Assembly (NCBI RefSeq): GCF_963921235.1
Contig: NC_086097.1
Location: forward strand, 110,920,001 to 110,984,000
DNA length: 64,000 bases
Direction of reading: 5' to 3'
From: Mobula hypostoma
Lineage: Eukaryota
The notes below the pieces were generated by a model. That model was not told the origin of the DNA. It worked only from the letters and a program-made list of their open reading frames with translations, and ran no database searches. This document shows positions 38,001 to 50,522 of this stretch, piece by piece. The position numbers and the translations under genes are program-made. The first letter of the stretch is position 1. Every line of letters starts with the position of its first letter.

Positions 38001-41000
38001 TTGGAGGTTTTTTCAGCTTCGTCATTTATTTCCTTTCTAATTATTTCTATTTCAGCTTCATGTTCTTTCCGCAAGACACGTAGATCTTTCTGTAGTCTAG
38101 TGTGTTCTTTACGCAACTTCTGTTTTTCATTTTCTGCCTCTTCCAGTTTGCGACCCATTTCAGTTTGCTGTGCTCGCAAGTCATCCAACACCTTAAGTAG
38201 CTCCAAGTCAGATTTTGACTTCTCTTCAGAACCTTCCTCAAAGATCTTAAGCAGAGAATTTTTTTCCTGCAACTGCTCTTGCAGAGTCTTTATCTCTTTT
38301 CTATAGCCCTCAATTAAAGAAGTTCCCTCTAATCTTGCCTTATCCCCATTGTCCTCCTTTAAGGTGAGACCATCTTCCAATTCTATCATATGTTTTTCAG
38401 TAACTTCCTTCCCCGTTTCTAACTCTGCAATTCTCTTTTCCATCTCAATTATCTGTTTATCTTTTATGCTCAACTGTAGCATTAAATTATTTAATTTATC
38501 AGTTTTCTCTTGTTGTTTCTCAGACAATGAGTCATACATATGTTTCTGCTGTTCAATTTCTGGCTGAAGCTGTTCTGTTTTCATCCCCCCCTCCACTTCA
38601 ACAATTTCTAAATGCTCTTGAATATTCACATGAGACTTAGTGACTTCTTCAGAGTCATCAGTTTTAACACTGACTTCTTCATATTTTTGCATCATCTCAT
38701 TACGTGCTGATAACTCTGTCTGCAGAGCCGTTATTTTTTCCTCATAGCTTGCTCTCAATACTTTCAGAGAGTTCTCCTTCTCAAGTTGCATTTCTTTTTT
38801 CACTTCATCAACCAACTTTTGCTTTCCTTCTTTTTCTGAAACTACTGTAGCTTCTAAAGTTTTCACTTTTTCTTCCAAGACCCCATTTGTTGCATCTTGC
38901 ATCTCTGCTTTTTGTTTCAAGTCTCTTAACTGTTCATCCATGCATTTTTCTTTCTCTTCCATTTGGTTTATTAACTGTTTCCTGATTTTTGCAATTTTCT
39001 GCTCTGCCTTTTTCTTAAATTCAGCTATTTTGGCAGCACTCTCTGTTTTCAGCTTAGTTTCTAAATCCCTCAATTCCTCATCCTTCTTATTTTTAAGATC
39101 CAATTTGGATTGCTCCCATTCAGTCTGTTTTCCTGAAAACTCAACCCTCAGTGACTGTATCTCTTTCTCAAATCTTTCATTTTTTTCTTTAGCATCCTTG
39201 AACTTGACACACTGTTCAGAAGCTCCAGCCTGAGCCTGCTCCAGCTGTTGCCTCATCTCCTGCAATTCCATTTCCTTCTGTTGCAATTGCTTGGTGACTT
39301 CTGCGATTTCAGATTGCTGAGACTTCATAGCAATATCTTCTTCCATTTCGATTATTCTAGATTTAGTTACTTGCAACTGAGCCTTCAGATCATCAACTAA
39401 TTTCTCTTTTTCATTTTCTGCATGTTCCATTTCAATATTAAGATTTTCTAAATTGTTAGACAGTTTCTCTATCTCTGCTGTCAATGATAACAATTTACCA
39501 TCCTTCTCTTCATTCTCTTTAACAGACATCTCAAATTTTAACTCAAGCTCTTTCATTTTGTTGTTATGCTGTGCAAATTTAGATTCTGTCTTTTTCTTCC
39601 ATTCTGTTAACTTGTTCTTATATTGATCTACCTGGCCAAGAGCTGATATTTTTTCTTGAGAAATAGCTTCAACTCTTTCAGACAGTTGACTTATTTGATC
39701 CAGCAGCTTCTGCTGTTCCACTTCATGTTGTTTGTTAAGCAAGGACAGAGCTTCTTCTTTATTTGCAAGACAAACACTATGCTCAAGCTGCAACTTTAAA
39801 TTCTGTACATCTTTCTCTAAACTTAAGATGATTGATTCTTTTTTCTTCAGCTGTTCAGTGATCGATATACAAGTATTTGCATTTTCTGCCAGTTCTGTTT
39901 TATAGTGCTCAATTATTGCCTCCTTCTCTTCTAAAACCTGATTACTGAACTTGCTATCTTGTTGGAGTGTGTCACACTCTGCATTGATGCTTTGCAATTC
40001 AGACTGCAACTCCTGAAAGTTTTGCTCTTTATTTTGCAGTTGTTGTGTGATATGCTGCACTGAATTATTTAATAAGACATTTTGATTTACTAACTCTTGA
40101 ATACGGGTTTCTAAATCATCATTTTGGCAGATCTTTCTCTCAAGTGCCTTCTTTACCTTCTCAATTTGATTTTGGTAAACTGTAATCCGCTCATTTAAGT
40201 TGCTGATCTTATCAAAACAGAACAAAGAGAACTTATCGGTTTGTAGGTCTATTTTCCCACCTGTTTCATTGAAACAGTTTATTAATTGCTTGATTTGGTT
40301 CCCAAATTCATTCTGAAGTTCAACAGAATTTTCTTGAAGTGCTTTTTCATGTTCCTTACAACGCAGGTTTTCTAACAGCTGCAGTTTATCCTCTGCTTCT
40401 TTCAACAAGCAGTTTTGCTCATGAATCTTCCTCTGGCTTTGTTCATGTGTTTTTTTAAGCTCACTTAATGCATTTTCTAGCTCCGTTCTTTCCCGTAAAT
40501 TCTGGCTGGTATTCTCTTCAAGGGTCTCTAATTTAGTTTTAAGGATTATTTCACTTTCTATCAAAGCAGAGACCTGAGAAGATGCTTCTTTAAGCTCCCC
40601 TTGGAGCTGTTGCATTTTATTTCCTGTTGAAGCAATCTCTTCTGTAAGCTCTTCTACTTTCCTGGATAGTTTATCCTTATCATCATTGGAGGCTTTTAGA
40701 CAAAGTTTCATTTCTGTAAATTCTTGCTCCTTTTCCTGAAGCTCAACCTCATGCTTTTCTTTTAGTTCTTCCATATGCCGATCCAGTCTATTCACCCAAC
40801 TCTCATTCAGCTCTGCAACCTCTTTTTTGTGAATTTCATTTAGACTCTCCAGTTGTTGTTTCTGACTGGATTCCAGCTGGGCCACAGTTTCACTGATTCC
40901 TGTGGAACTTGATTGTGCCATTTCCACCATCTTTGCATTGAACATCTGTTCCTTTTCAATCAATTCTTCCTGCTTCTCCTTTAGCTCTGCTTTCAGTTTT

Positions 41001-42223
41001 ATTTCCAGTTCAGAAAGTTGCAACTTGAACTTTTCTTGCATTCCTTTTCTACTTTCCTTCATTTTTCCCAATTTTGTTTCAAGTGTTCTAATTTTTTCCC
41101 CGTATTCCTCATGAAGTAAAGCAACTTGGTGCTCATGCTGTTTATGTTCATCTGCCCGTTGCTGACTGACCTCTTCCGCTTGTTGTTTTTCATTACTGAG
41201 TGCCTGATTGAGTGCCCTTTGCTTTTCTTCTGAACTTTCCTGCATCTGTACAATGTCTAATCCCAGCTGAGTAATTCTACTTTCATATTGCTCGGTTAAG
41301 GAAGCTATTTTTTGTATCAATTCATGGTTCTTTTCTTCAAAGCTCCTGAATTCCTGTGCCTGCAATTTGTAGTTATCTAAATTAGCAGTAACCTCATTAA
41401 GTCTGATTTGATATGACAATTCTTTCTCTTCTAACTGTTTGTTAAGATTCAACTTCTCAGTCTCCATGTTCCTCAACAAGTTCTGTATCTCTGTTAATTG
41501 TGCTTCATACCGTTGACGCTGGTCACCTAGCTCACAAGTCATCCTTTCTTTTGCAGTTTCCTGCTCACACTTTTGGGCTTGACTGACAATTTCAAGTTCT
41601 CTTTGAATTTTTTCAAGCTCTGTTGTCAATTGTTCTTTGTCTGTTTGTAGCTCTTGTATATTTTTGTCTTTTTCCTCAAGAAGATGGTGGAGGCTGTTTA
41701 ATTTTTCTGTAAAATTTTTCTCAACTACACATATGGATTGTTCACCATCTTTTCTTGTAGCTTCAATCTTATCATTATAGTCTATTTCTTTTTGTTTTAG
41801 TTGCTTCTCCAAGTCTTCCTCAACTGAAGATAATTTATTTTCCAACTCCTGCCGTCCTTTAAGTATTTCTGTCATCTCAGTTGAGAGCATCTCCAATTCA
41901 GTTTGTTTCAAATCAAGTTTCTCCAGTGTCCTTTGGTTCATTTCCTCAATGTGTGCATGGAATTGGGTTTCCTTCTCCTTCAATTGTACTTCCAGTTCTC
42001 CACATTTTTCTTCGAGCTCCACCACTTTAGCCTGCTCCTGATGCAATTTTTCCAACCATATTTGTTCCTCTTCCTGACTTTTACTTTTCAGTGAAATCTG
42101 CTGTTTTTCCATTAAAGCTTCCATTTCTTCTTTGTACTTGGCCTTCTCTGCCTCAAGCTCTTCTGATTTCATTTCACTGTTTTGTGACTTTTGTACAAGT
42201 AAACTTTCCAATTCCAATATTCT
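38001..42223 (-). CDS. GOLGA4: GOLGA4 giant coiled-coil exon (4223 nt, phase 0/2), RILELES...AEKTS(K)
   Basis: Covers most of the 1429-aa ORF; polypyrimidine ...ccccctcccAG acceptor, GTAAGT donor; golgin-245 motifs FHAHIEEMNQRTLEKLDLKQTELE, FNAKMVEMAQ, ESAAKIAEFKKKAEQKIAKIRKQL, RLQKDLRVLRKEH. Confidence 0.95.
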
Positions 42224-42648
42224 CTGGGAGGGGGGAAAAAAAAGAAAAATCCTTTGAACTTCACATACCTGCTTGTGTTGTGCCAATAATTAATCAGTAA
42301 GTCATTAACAAATGTTTGGTCATTGAATGATGCAAAATTGATGCAAGTCAGCAGTCAACTAAACTGCACTTAAAAAAGTCTTTTTAAATAAACTTCAAAT
42401 TTCCAAATACTTCCAACTACTACTACTAATTTAAAATACACTTGATACTCAACAAAAAATAGATATCCAAAGATAATAATAACCCCGATTTTAAGTAGTA
42501 AAGGCCTTCACATCACATCAAGCTGCCCACAGAGATTCAATGGAGATCTGACAATAGGGAAGCTGTTCGAGTAAGCAGACTGAAGAATATCACAATTCAG
42601 GAAGTAAAATGTAAATATAAATTTCAACTATTTTAAAGGAATAAACAT

Positions 42649-42685
42649 TGGTCCTGAAGAAGGCTCTCGGCCCGAAATGTCGACT
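42649..42685 (+). ncRNA. Degenerate PLE-type hammerhead motif
   Basis: GGTC-CTGAAGA-AGGCTCTCGGCCC-GAAA-TG-TC-GACT; stem III palindrome lost. Confidence 0.45.
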
Positions 42686-43449
42686 CTCGACATTGATGCC
42701 ATTGATGCCACCTGACCTGTTGAGATCCTCCAGCATTTTGTGTGGGTAACATTAATTAATAAACAAGAGTTCAGAAGAAAGAATGCAACTGTACAGAACA
42801 TGTATGAAACAGTAAATTTCTGCTTGGGGGTCTGGACAATGGGAATGAAGAAGTAAAGGGCAGATCTTACACCTTAAGCTTCTAGTATATTCCTTGCTGA
42901 CGCTATGAAGTTGCATCCTCCCAACTATGCCTGTGTACTGGCTTCGACTAGGCATTGACCTACCTATGTGCTTGCTGAGCCACATTAGTTTCCAATTATA
43001 CAACACCTCTATTTTTGAATTCCGCTCCTTGTTTTCACAGTCCTTATCTCTATCATTTCATAGAGTCATAGAACACTTCAGCACAGAAACAGGTATTTCA
43101 GCCCATCTAGTCTGTGCTGAGCCATTAATCTGTCTACTCCCATCAACCAGCACCCAGAACACAACCCTCCATACCCCTCTCATCCATGTACATATCCAAA
43201 TTTCTCTTAAAAGTTGAAATCCACCCAGCATCTACCAATTGCGCTGACAGCTCATGCCATACTCTCACCACACTCTGAGTGAAGAAGTTCCCCCTTATGT
43301 TCCCCTTAAATATTTCACTTTCCACCCTTAACCCACGCCCTCTAGTTGTAGTCTCACCCAACCTCAGTGAAAAAAGCCTGTTTGCACTTACACTGCCTAT
43401 ACCCCTTATAATTATCTAGACATCTATCAAATCTCCCCTGAAATCTCCC

Positions 43450-44362
43450 CTCAAATTTGCAGATGACACAAAGCTGGGTGGCAATGTGAAATATGAGGAG
43501 GATGTTATGAGAATGCAGGGTGACTTGGACAGGTTGGGTGAGTGGGCAGATGCATGGCAGATGCAGTTTAATGTGGATATATGTGAGGTTATCCACTTTG
43601 GTGGCAAGAACAGGAAGGCAGATTACTATCTGAATGGTGTCAAGTTAGGAAAAGAGGAAGTACAATGAGATCTAGGTGTCCAATCTTCATCAGTAACTAA
43701 AAGTAAGCATGCAGGTACAGCAGGCAGCGAAGAAAGCTAATGGCATGCTGGCCTTCATAACAAGGGGAATTGAGTATAGGAGCAAAGAGGTCCTTTGCAG
43801 TTGTACAGGGCCCTGGTGAGACCACACCTGGAATATTGTGTAGTGTTTTGGTCTCCAAATTTGAGGAAGGACATTCTAGCTATCGAGGGAGTGCAGCGTA
43901 GGTTCACAAGGTTAATTCCCAGGATGGCAGGACTGTCATATGTCAAAAGATTGGAGTGACTGGGCTTGTATACTTTGGAATTTAGAAGGGGATCTGATTG
44001 AAACATATAAGATTATTAAGGGACTGAACACGCTAGAGGCAGGAAACACGTCCCCGATGTTGGGGGAGTCCAGAACCAGAGTCCACAGTTTAGGAATAAG
44101 GGGTAGGCGATTTAGAACGGAGTTGAGGAAAAACTTCTTCACACAGAGGGTTGTGGTTCTGTGGAATGCTCTGCCTCAGAAGGCAGTGGAGGCCAATTCT
44201 CTGGATTCTTTCAAAAGTAGTTAGACAGAGCTCTTAAAGATAGCGGAGTGAAGGGATATGGGGAGACGGCAGGAAAAGGGTACTAATTGTGGATGATCAG
44301 CCATGATCACAGTGAATGGTGGTGCTGGCTCGAAGGGCTGAATGGCCTACTCCTGCACCTAT
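43450..44362 (+). mobile_element. CR1/HER1-type LINE 3' part
   Basis: KFADDTKLGG, LGEWADAWQMQFN, FFTQRVVVLWNALP. Confidence 0.9.
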
Positions 44363-44414
44363 ACTTGCACTGACAGAATGCAACTGCAAACTTAAAATTT
44401 GGCTTATCAAAGTC

Positions 44415-45885
44415 AGATTTATTATCACCGGCATGTGACGTGAAATTTGGTAACTTAGCAGCAGGAGTTCAATCAATACATAATATAGAAGTAAAAAAAA
44501 TAAGTAAATCAATTACAGTATACGTATATTGACTAGATTTAAAAATCATGCAAAAAAACAGAAATACTGTATATTAAAAAAAGTGAGATAGTGTCCAAAG
44601 TTTCAATGTTCATTTAGGAATTGGATGGCAGAGGGGAAGAAGCTGTTTCGGAATCGCTGAGTGTGTACCCTCAGGCTTCTGTACTTCCTACCTGATGGTA
44701 ACAGTGAGAAAAGGGCATGCCCTGGGTGCTGGTGGTCCTTAATGGATGCTGCCTTTCTGAGACGCCGCTCCCTGAAGATGTCCTAGGTACCTTGTAGGCT
44801 AGTACCTAAGATGGAGCTGACTAGATTTACAACCCCCTGCTTCCTTCAGTCCTGTGCAGTAGCCCCGCTATACCAGACAGTGATGCAGCCTGTCAGAATG
44901 CTCTCCACGGTAGATCTATTGAAGTTTTTGAGTGTATTTTTGACATGTCAAATCTCTTCAAACTCCTAATGAAGTACAGCTGCTGTCTTGCCTACTTTAT
45001 AACTACATCGATATGTTGGGACCAGGTTAGACCCTCAGAGATCTTGACACCCAGGAACTTGAAACTGCTCTCTCTCTCTCTCCACTTTTGATCCCTCTAT
45101 GAGGATTGGTATGTGTTCCTTCCTCTTACCCTTCCTGAAGTCCACAATCAGTTCTTTTGTCTTACTGACGTTGAGTCCCAGGTTGTTGCTGCGGCACCAC
45201 TCCACTAGTTGGCATATCTCAACTCTTGTACGCCCTCTCGTCACCACCTGAGATTCTACCAACAATGGCTGTACATCAGTAAATTTACAGATGGTATTTG
45301 AGCTATACCTAGCCACACAGTCATGCGTATACAGAGAGTAGAGCAGTGGTCTAAGCACAAACCCCTGAGATGCACCAGTGTTGATCGTCAGCAAGGAGGA
45401 TATGTTATCACCAATCCGCACAGATTGTGGTCTTCTGGTTAGGAAGTCGAGAATCCAATTGCAGAGGGAGATACAGAAGCCCAGGTTCTGCAACTTCTCA
45501 ATCAGGATTGTGGGAATGATGGTATTAAATATTGAGCTACGGTTGATGAACAGCATCCTGATGTAGGTATTTGTGTTGTCCAGTTGGTCTAAAGCCATGT
45601 GGAGAGCCATTGGGATTGCACCTGCCGTTGACCTATTGTGGCGATAGGCAAATTGCAATGGGTCCAGGTCCTTGCTGAGGCAGGAGCTCAGTCTAGACAT
45701 GATCACTCTACCAAAGCATTTCATCACTGTAGAGTGAGTGCTACCAGGCGATAGTCATTAAGGCAGCTCACATTATTCTTATTAGGCACTGGTATAACTG
45801 TTGCCCTTTTGAAGTGGGAACTTCCACTCATAGCAGTGAGAGTTGAAAACGTCCTTGCATACTCCCGCTAGTTGGTTGGCATACA
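44415..45885 (-). mobile_element. Rex1/Babar-type LINE fragment (RT)
   Basis: [55 protein letters not shown]. Confidence 0.9.
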
Positions 45886-47062
45886 GACACTGTTCAAATG
45901 TAATCATGATTTAATTTGCTATTGAATACCTAGTTAAACCTGAGCAATTAAAGATCAAATATTATATCACAGTAAATGCCAAGAAATATACAGTAGGTCA
46001 GGTAGTGTTTTTGGAGAGAAAAAGAATCGATTAATATCAGCAATATATTCAGATCCTCAACAGAACTGAAGTTTTACCATACACTTCCACAATAATTTCA
46101 AATATACTTCATTTTACCCTGCATCCTTTTGTTAAACTAGTTCATCTGTCTCTGTATAACATCTCCAAGCACAAGACTTTATCACAGGTACCTCATGGAG
46201 CCCTTTTCACATCTTATCAGGCAGAAGATACAAAAGTCTGAAAGCACACACCAAGCTCAAGGATAGCTACTACCTTGCTGTTATAAGATGATTGAATGAT
46301 TTCTTAGTACGGTAAGATGGACTCTTGACCTCCCAATCTACCTAATTGGGACATTACACATTACTCTCTACCTGCACTGTACTTCCTCTCCACAGTAATA
46401 CTTTAGTCTGCATTGTTATTATTTTACTTTGTACTACCTCAATATATTGTTGTAATTAACTGATCTAACTGGATGATATGAAAGACAAGATTTTCACTTT
46501 ATCTCCGTACATGTGACTTCAAGATAAATTCCAAGAAATTACCTGTAAAATGGGGATGATACCAGAATATAGACACAGCAAAAAGGTAATTTTTGAAAAT
46601 ATTTTCTAAGTTTTTCACAATGACTAGCTGCAATCTGTGAACTATACTGCCATGAAAAATTACAGAACTGTTTAGTGCAATGATCTTTTTCAGTGCAATG
46701 ATATTGATCTTTTATCAGCATTAACACAAGCCAGTTACTTCAAGTTCCCTTTCTCTGATATTTACTCTACTCTGAGAAATTGAAATATAACAGTGTGTTG
46801 TCCAGCTCTGTAACAACATCACTTTATAACTGGTATTAAGTTAACCTCTAAAGGCAAACCACACTCACAGTATTTAAATATTTAGCATCCCCATCAGGAA
46901 ATCTGTAATTGGAAATTTTTTATCTTTGTACAATTTTTTTTCTGCACAACACCTCATTATTGCAATGGTTCATAAAATCACACCATACAAATTTGAAAAT
47001 ACCTTATTATACTGTAGTTTAATTTAAAATAACAAGGTTAAAGCCACATAAACGTATCTTAC

Positions 47063-47218
47063 TGTTTTGCAGGTTTCCAATTCTCCTTGTAGTTCCTGCA
47101 TTTGCTTTGCAGCTTGTGTCCGAATAGCCTCTCTTTGCAATTCTTGCTCTTCCAATGCCAACAAGGCTTGCTGTTCTTTCTCTTGTTGCTGTTCTCTGTA
47201 CTCAGCATGACATTTATC
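47063..47218 (-). CDS. GOLGA4: GOLGA4 coding exon (156 nt, phase 0/0): DKCHAEYREQQQEKEQQALLALEEQELQREAIRTQAAKQMQELQGELETCKT
   Basis: ttttgacAG acceptor, GTAAGA donor; resembles recalled human EKSQSEYLKISQEKEQQESLALEELELQKKAI...ETYRT. Confidence 0.9.
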
Positions 47219-48117
47219 CTGTCAAAATTATTTTCTACACATTAACAAGTGATGAATCTCACTCCAAAGATAATAGCATTGAAAAGTTTAAGTTATTAAT
47301 GATTGAAATTACTTAAGCATTGCCAGTATGTGATTTTTTTCCCCTTCTTTTATCAACCGTATTTTTGGAAGGTATGAATGGAATTTAAAACTGATGAGTG
47401 AGGTAACACATTTATTGGGGGCAAACAAGGCAAAGAAATAAATGAGAAATGACAAGTTACACACGCAAAATGCTGGAGGAACTCAGCAAGTCAGGCAACA
47501 ACAAAACAGGGGAATTAACAGTTGATGTTTTGGGCTGAGATCTTCGTCAAGAGTGCCTTTTGCTCAACATTTCCAGCAACTGCAGATACTGTCTGATCCA
47601 AAAAGTTCCTCCAGCATCTTGTATTCTACACTGGAGATTTGCCTTTATTACTTGAGGTGTGGAATACAAGAGGCAGGAGGTCAGGCTGAAATCAGACCAT
47701 AACACAGGAGCAGAATAAGGCCATTTGGCCTATCAAGTCTGCTACACCATTCCATCATGGCTGATTTATTATTCCTCTCAACTGCATTCTCCTGCCTTCT
47801 CCCCTTAACTTTTGACACGCTGACTAATCAAGAATCTATCAACTTCTGCTTTAAATATACCCAATGACTTGGCCTCCACAGTTGATTGTGGCAATGAATT
47901 CCACAGATTCACTACCCTCCAGCTGAAGAAATTCCTCATCTTTGTTCTAAATGAATATCCCTCTATTCTGTGTGTGCATTTTGTTCCCAGACACCCCCAC
48001 TACAGTAAACACATCTACTTTCTATGCCTTTCAATATTTTTGGTAGGTTTGAATGAGATCCCTCCCATTCTTCTAAACTCCAGTGAGCACAGGCCCACAG
48101 TCAAACACTCCTTATAT

Positions 48118-48604
48118 CTTCTTCTGCCTTTCACTAGTGAGCATAGGCCATCAACAACCTCTTTCCAGATCAACCTGTTTTGTACATATCTCTCCAGCTG
48201 TGACCATGTCATTCCCACTCTCCTGGCATCGGTTAACACTTCTCTCCTCTAATTTATTGTTCTGAAATTCTTTTGCCATTTGTAGGGTTTTCCCAACTTC
48301 ATACATGGTCCTCACATTCCAGATGCCGATTCTGGAGGTCTTCTTGGTTGACAGTAGGTTTTTCGGTGAAGGAGCTTCCTTTCAGCTTTCACTTCTCCAC
48401 ATCATCCAGCTCTCCAAAAGAGACCCTACCTCTCCCAAGTCTGGCTGGCTTGATTTTGATGCTGCTGATGTTTCTGTAGCAATAATTATTTTTACAGGAT
48501 AGGGCTGCTAACCCTATGCCCAACCCTCCTTCGTTGCCTTTTATGACGTGCGTGGCAGGGTACAGCAGTTCTATTCTTTTAAAGGACCCGGAAACCACAT
48601 GGGT
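48118..48604 (-). mobile_element. Short internally deleted RTE-type retroelement with 11-bp TSD
   Basis: TSD ACTCCTTATAT (48107-48117, 48605-48615); 3' end TWSQLERYVQNRLIWKEVVDGLCS with (AGA)n tail; 5' gagggttgggcatagggttagcagccc typical of RTE leaders. Confidence 0.7.
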
Positions 48605-48797
48605 ACTCCTTATATGTTAACCCTATAATTCCATGAATCATTCTTGTGAATCTCCTCTGGATCCTCTCCAATTCAAGCAAATTCTCTCTTAGATAAAGGG
48701 CTAACAACTTCTCACAATACTTCAAGTACAGTCTGAACCAATGCCTCAGCATACCGCCCTTGTTTTTATATAATAGTCCTCTCGAAATGAATGCTAG

Positions 48798-50522
48798 CAA
48801 CACACAGAAAATGCTGGAGGAACTCAGCAGGCCAGGCAGCATCTATGGAAAAAAGTACAGTCGACATTTTGGGCCAAGACCCTTCGACAGGACTGGAAAA
48901 AAAAGATGGGAGTAGATATAAAAGGTGGGGGAGGAGAGAAAGAAACACAAGGTAATAGGTGAAACCTGGAGTGGGAGGGATGAAGTAAAGAGCTGGGAAG
49001 TTGATTGGTGAAAGAGATACATGGCTGGAGAAGGGGGAGTCCGAAAGGACAGAACAGAAGGCCACGGAAGAAAGAAAAGGGGATGGGGAACGGTGAAGTA
49101 TGGAGGGTCCATCATCGGAAGTTTGAAAAATCAATGTTCATGCCATCAGGTTGCAGGTTACCCAGACAGAATATAAGGTGTTGTTTCTCCAACCTGAGCG
49201 TGGCCTCATCACAACAGTAGAGATAGTCAAGGACTGACATATCAGAATGGGAATGGGAAGTGGAATTAAAATGGGTGGCCACTGGGAGAGATTCTGCTTT
49301 TTCTGGTGGATGGAGCATAGGTGCTTGGCGAAATGATCTCCTATTCTACATCGGGTCTCATTGATAAACAGAAGGCCACACCAGGAGCACCAGATACAGT
49401 ACATGATCCCAGTATGCTCACAGGTGAACTGTTGTCTCACTTGGAAGGACTGTTTGGAGCCCTGAATGGTAGCGAGGGAGGTGGTGTAGGGGCAGATGTA
49501 GCACTTGCTCTGCTTGTAAGGATAAGTGCCAGGAGGGAGGTCAGTGGGAAGGGATGAATGGACAAGGGAGTCATGTGGAAAGCAGAAAGTGGGAGAGAGG
49601 GAAAGATGTGCATTGGGATTGCATTGGAAATGGCTGAAGTTCCAGAGAATTATTTGCTGGACATGGAGGCTGGTGGGGTGGTAGGTGAGGACAAGAAGAA
49701 CCCTATCCCAGGTAGGGTAGTGGGAGGATGGGGTGAGAGCAGACATGCATGAAATGGAAGAGATGCACTTGAGGGCAGTGTTGATGGTGGAGGAAGGGAA
49801 GTCCCTTTCTTTGAAAAAGCAGGACATATCCTTTGTTCTAGAATGAAAAGCCTCATCCTGAGAGCAGATGCAGCACCGACGCAGCAATTGAAAGAAGGGA
49901 GATGCATTTTTACAAGTAACAGGGTGGGAAGAGGTATAGTGCAGGTACCTGTGAGAGTCCATGAGTTTATAATAGACATCAGTAGATAAGCTATCTCCTG
50001 AGATACAGACAGTGAGATTAAGAAAGGGGAGGGAAAGCTGTCTGAAATGGACCATGTAAATATGAGGGCAGGGTGGAAGTTGGAGGCAAAGTTGATGAAG
50101 TTGACAAGTTCAGCATGGGTGCAGGAAACAGCACCAATGCAGTCGTCGATGTAGTGTATGAAAAGTGGGGAACGGACAGCAGTGTAGGCTTGGAACAGAC
50201 TGTTCCACGTAGCCGACAAAAAGGCAGGCATAGCTGGGACCCATGACTATACCTTTGGTTTGAAAGAAGTGGAAGGAGCCAAAGGAGAAATTATTAAGAA
50301 TGAGGGCAAGTTCCGCAAGATGGAGGAGAGTGGTGGTGGAGGGAACTGGTTGGGTCTGGTGTCCAGAAAGAAACAGAGAGTTTGTACATATGGACTGGAC
50401 ATCCAAAGTAAAAACAATGGAGATGATGGAACTTGAAAACATTGAAAAGATCCAGAGTGTGTGAAGTGTCACAGGGGTAGGTAGGAAGGGACAGAACTAG
50501 AGGGATAAGACAGAGTCAAGAT
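48798..50522 (-). mobile_element. Penelope-like element (RT plus GIY-YIG endonuclease remnants, 3' pLTR)
   Basis: LNNFSF..FFQTKG..MGPSYACLF, YIDDCIG, LPFLNL, YLHYTSSHP, GIMYCIWCSWCGLLFINETRCRIGDHFAKHL; pLTR hammerhead mutated (CTGTCGA..AAAA). Confidence 0.9.

Noticed and set aside
42224..42286. N-terminal MAQHKQVCEVQRIFLFFPPSQ of the 1429-aa ORF as a real start
   Set aside because: It is the polypyrimidine tract and acceptor; GOLGA4 homology begins at RILELES and continues in upstream exons
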